Of a DNA stretch of 64,000 nucleotides, positions 62,873 through 64,000 are shown one piece after another. The DNA lies in assembly GCA_017937065.1 (NCBI GenBank), contig JAGBEI010000013.1, forward strand, positions 95,333 to 159,332. Reading direction: 5' to 3'. The number at the start of each line of letters is the position of its first letter. The first letter of the stretch is position 1. The notes under the pieces are model-generated. The model ran no database searches and was not told the DNA's origin. It saw nothing but the letters and a program-made list of their open reading frames with translations. A program made the position numbers and the translations under genes. The stretch is from Clostridia bacterium (GTDB taxonomy: Bacteria; Bacillota; Clostridia; Oscillospirales; QAKW01).

Positions 62873-63715
62873 TTGAACAATCTTCATCTGCGTTTTCCAA
62901 ACGGACTTGCCAAGTGCCTGACGCTCAGCTACGACGACGGAGTGGAACAGGACATGCGCATGTGCGAGCTGATGAAAAAGTACGGCATTGCCGGCACCTT
63001 CAACATAAGCACGGGAAACTACTCGCCGGAGGGCAAGAGATTTGAGCCGGGAAGGGTACACCGTCCGATGACGCAAAGACAGAGCCTTGAGACCTACAAG
63101 GACGAACCGCTTTTCGAGGTGGCAACCCATGCGCTGCATCATGCCTGGCTGCCCGATATTCCGTTATCGGAGGCTGTGCATGAAATAATTGAGGACAGGC
63201 GCAACATAGAAAGCCAGTACGGCACAATCTGCCGCGGGCACGCATACCCTTACGGCAAGTACAGCGAGAATATTATAAACGTACTCAAAAGCTGCGGCAT
63301 AGCTTATGCCAGAACGACAGTATCAACCCACAAATTCAGTTTACCCGAAAACTGGCTGATACTGAACCCGACCTGTCACCACAAAGACCCACGTCTTACG
63401 GAGCTTACCGATAATTTTCTGAATGAAACGCCCAAGCTCTCTCCTCTGTTTTTCTATCTTTGGGGACATACGTTCGAGTTTGAAAGCGATAACAACTGGG
63501 AGATTATTGAGCGGTTTTTTGAAAAAACAGGCGGCAATCCCGATATATGGTATGCCACAAACATCGAGGTTTACGATTATGTTCAGGCTTTTAATTCTCT
63601 GATTTTTTCCGCCGACGGGAAAAATATATTCAATCCGACATGCACCGATGTCTGGATAAGCCTTAACAGTAAAAGCACCTGTAAAATACCGAAAGGAGAA
63701 GCAGTCAGTCTATGA
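62873..63715 (+). CDS. Polysaccharide deacetylase (NodB homology / CE4-like)
   Basis: 280 aa with a TTG start after AAAGAGGTG. LTLSYDDG and HALHH motifs. No signal peptide. Confidence 0.7.
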   Translation: MNNLHLRFPNGLAKCLTLSYDDGVEQDMRMCELMKKYGIAGTFNISTGNYSPEGKRFEPGRVHRPMTQRQSLETYKDEPLFEVATHALHHAWLPDIPLSEAVHEIIEDRRNIESQYGTICRGHAYPYGKYSENIINVLKSCGIAYARTTVSTHKFSLPENWLILNPTCHHKDPRLTELTDNFLNETPKLSPLFFYLWGHTFEFESDNNWEIIERFFEKTGGNPDIWYATNIEVYDYVQAFNSLIFSADGKNIFNPTCTDVWISLNSKSTCKIPKGEAVSL

Positions 63716-64000
63716 CAGACAATATCTTTTCCGTCAAAAGCCCTGTAAACGTAAACACCGTCGGCTATGACGGCAAAATGAGCGTAGCGGATGCCATGAG
63801 CATGTTTCAGTATGCCGTCACGCTGCATACAGACGAGATGGGAGTGGGCTTTGACAGCGTGCTCAATAACCACGGCGCAAAATGGGTGATAGCAAAGGCA
63901 CGCTTTGAAATTTCCCGCTTTCCGTCAAAAGGCGAGACTGTAAAAGCGGTCACCTGGCCGCTGAAGCCCGGAGCCAAGCGGTTCGGGCGCTGCTTTTCAA
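63712..64000 (+). CDS. Acyl-ACP thioesterase-like hotdog protein (5' part only; runs off the window)
   Basis: My own translation from ATG 63712 (ATGA overlap with the upstream stop) is open to the window end: MTDNIFSVKSPVNVNTVGYDGKMSVADAMSMFQYAVTLHTDEMGVGFDS...WVIAKARFEI, the typical acyl-ACP thioesterase N-terminus. Confidence 0.65.
   Translation, partial: MTDNIFSVKSPVNVNTVGYDGKMSVADAMSMFQYAVTLHTDEMGVGFDSVLNNHGAKWVIAKARFEISRFPSKGETVKAVTWPLKPGAKRFGRCFS

Noticed and set aside
1-64000. A search for CRISPR arrays, tRNA/rRNA genes, IS elements, integrases, and classic toxin-antitoxin or restriction-modification genes.
   Set aside because: I saw no regularly spaced short repeats, cloverleaf-like or rRNA-like segments, transposase or recombinase motifs, or methyltransferase motifs. 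This was a scan by eye only, so small elements could have been missed.

Overview
This is a 64-kb chromosomal window that looks like a Gram-positive anaerobe of the Clostridia. The signs are GGAGG-type RBSs, a tyrS T-box leader, a sporulation-style M23/M50 peptidase pair, and ferredoxin/radical-SAM-rich content. The lineage call is inference from gene content only. Coding density is high: about 62 CDS, many joined by ATGA/GTGA overlaps. I found no rRNA, tRNA, CRISPR array, transposase or integrase.

Content:
- Housekeeping genes: rlmH, guaB, mltG, tyrS, pgeF, putP. A long minus-strand block runs trmK, nif3, rqcH, coaX, trxB-like, trxA, X, rluD-like, polA, GNAT, rimI, tsaD, where X is the class IV aminotransferase-like gene at 56614-57537.
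- Sugar and glycerophosphodiester functions: rhaA-rhaD, a GH78 rhamnosidase, a DeoR regulator, two GDPD domains, glpP, and a Gfo/TIM-barrel/Gfo triad.
- A double BcrAD/HgdC-type activase fusion, the TIGR03960/TIGR03936 radical-SAM pair, and an ECF sigma/anti-sigma pair.

No complete, obviously novel multi-gene system stands out. The items most worth a second look are:
1. An AT-rich islet at 47.2-49.2 kb. It holds a tandemly duplicated module of a 60-82 bp near-identical non-coding element plus a 72-aa XRE gene, followed by two DUF3795-type Cys-rich proteins.
2. An AT-rich two-gene islet encoding a minimal secreted matrixin and a lipoprotein.
3. An orphan ImmR/ImmA-type switch with a Zn-ribbon/sigma-r4-like protein, lying between nudF and guaB.
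4. A C-N hydrolase::GDPD fusion in an operon with a TSCPD protein and a U32 protein.
5. A class IV aminotransferase-fold protein that appears to lack the catalytic lysine.
6. A thioredoxin-reductase homologue lacking the NADPH HRR motif.
7. An unassigned terminator-containing leader upstream of an NCS2 nucleobase permease.

All family calls come from motif recognition by eye. No database search was run.
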